Made by a program: the position numbers and the translations under genes. A DNA stretch of 64,000 bases from Carcharhinus amblyrhynchos (taxonomy: Eukaryota), in the NCBI GenBank assembly GCA_965287045.1, contig OZ336872.1:53878001-53942000 (forward strand), given 5' to 3'. The notes beneath the pieces are model-generated. The model was not told where the DNA came from. It was given only the letters and a program-made list of their open reading frames with translations, and searched no databases. Below are positions 62,953 to 64,000 of the stretch, in pieces (the stretch's first letter is position 1; every line of letters starts with the position of its first letter).

Positions 62953-63194
62953 TCTTTCCTGCTCTTTCCCTACAGTCCTTCATTTTTTTTCTTCTACAAG
63001 TAATTACAATTCCTGTTTGAAGGCTACTATTAAATATGTATCTATCACCCTATCAAATAGTATGATCCAAAACCCAACCACAATAAAGTTTTTCCTCATT
63101 CCAGTAATGATACTCATAACCAAATGGTCCCATCTGTCTGTGTGCTTCTGGTGGCTGTTGACCACATCATAGCAATATTCAATAAAAAGCAAGG

Positions 63195-63300
63195 AACTCT
63201 CTAAATGTCCTTGCAATATTGCTCCCTCAATCAACACCACCAAAAAAGATTAAGTAGCCATTTATCTCATTGCTGTTTATGGCATCTGATTGTGCAAAAT
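63195..63300 (+). mobile_element. Deu-SINE-like fragment
   Basis: caatatt..tccctcaatcaacaccac.aaaaaagatta...ccatttatctcattgctgttt.tgg. Confidence 0.6.
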
Positions 63301-63314
63301 AACTTGTTTTTTTA

Positions 63315-64000
63315 TTTTATTTGTGTGGTGTGGGTGTGCTGGCTAAGCCAGTATTCATTTCCTAAACCTAACTGCCATTTAGAAGGCGATGGTGAGATGC
63401 TTTCTTGAACTGCTGCAGTCCATGTGGTACAGATATACCCACAATGCTAGGAAGGGAGCTCCATGATTTTGACCCAGCAACAGTGAAGGAACAGGGGTAT
63501 ATTTCCAAGTCAGGATGGTGAGTGACTTGGAGGGGAACTTCAGGTGGTGGCGTTTCCATGCATCTTCTGCCCTTGGCCTTCTAGATGGTAGTGGTCACAG
63601 GTTTGGAAGGTGCTGTCGAAGAAGCCTTCATAAATTCCTGTAGTGCATCACGTAGATGGTACAACCTGCTGCCACTGGCCGTTAATTGTGGAGGGAGTGA
63701 ATGTTTGTGGAGAGGGTACCATCAAGCGGGTTGCTTTGTCCTGGATGAAGTCAAACTTCTTGAGTGTGGTTAGAGCTGCACCCATCCAGGCAAGTGCAGA
63801 GTATTTCATTACACTCCTGACTTGTGCCTTATAGATGGTGGATGAGTTTTGGGGAGTCAGGTGAGTTACACGCCACAGGATCGCAAGCATCTGGCCTGCT
63901 TTAGTAGCTACAGTATTTAGATGGTTAGTCCAGTCCAGTTTCTGTTCAATGTTAACCCCTAGATTGTTGGTAGTGGGGGAGTCAGCTACGGTAATGCCAT
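63315..64000 (-). mobile_element. CR1-group LINE 3' portion (RT C-terminus and tail), running off the window edge
   Basis: ORF ...RVTHLTPQNSSTIYKAQVRSVMKYSALAWMGAA.TTLKKFD.IQDKATRL. The tail ccacatggactgcagcagttcaagaaagcatctcacca is shared with 29560 and 31140. Confidence 0.85.

Overview
Eukaryotic vertebrate DNA. The repeat content (HE1/V-SINE-like, SacSINE1/Deu-SINE-like, CR1/HER1-like LINEs) points to a cartilaginous fish, most likely a shark; this is an inference. The only host gene I can support is the 3' end of the metabotropic glutamate receptor GRM7 on the minus strand. It comprises the 247-nt TM7/C-tail exon (60440-60194), a ~41-kb intron, the mGluR7a-type terminal exon (19223-19174, ...YVSYNDLVI*) and its 3'UTR. 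The rest is intron or downstream DNA packed with nested transposon relics: CR1-type LINEs, several SINE families, Rex1/Babar, Gypsy and Penelope-like fragments, Harbinger-like MITEs, a decayed two-gene Harbinger transposon and a 22-bp minisatellite. The most notable observations are (1) a TSD-flanked, A-tailed short retroposon built from U2 snRNA 5' ends (42175-42471, second copy near 46.6 kb), (2) a Penelope-derived perfect 61-bp hairpin with a 12-bp TSD, (3) a hammerhead-like motif in a Penelope end, (4) a tRNA-headed LINE with its internally deleted SINE derivative, and (5) HE1-headed SINEs with swapped tails. Repeat family names come from recalled consensus motifs, not database searches, and most repeat boundaries are approximate. 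Nearly all ORFs in the supplied track are chance ORFs or TE fragments.
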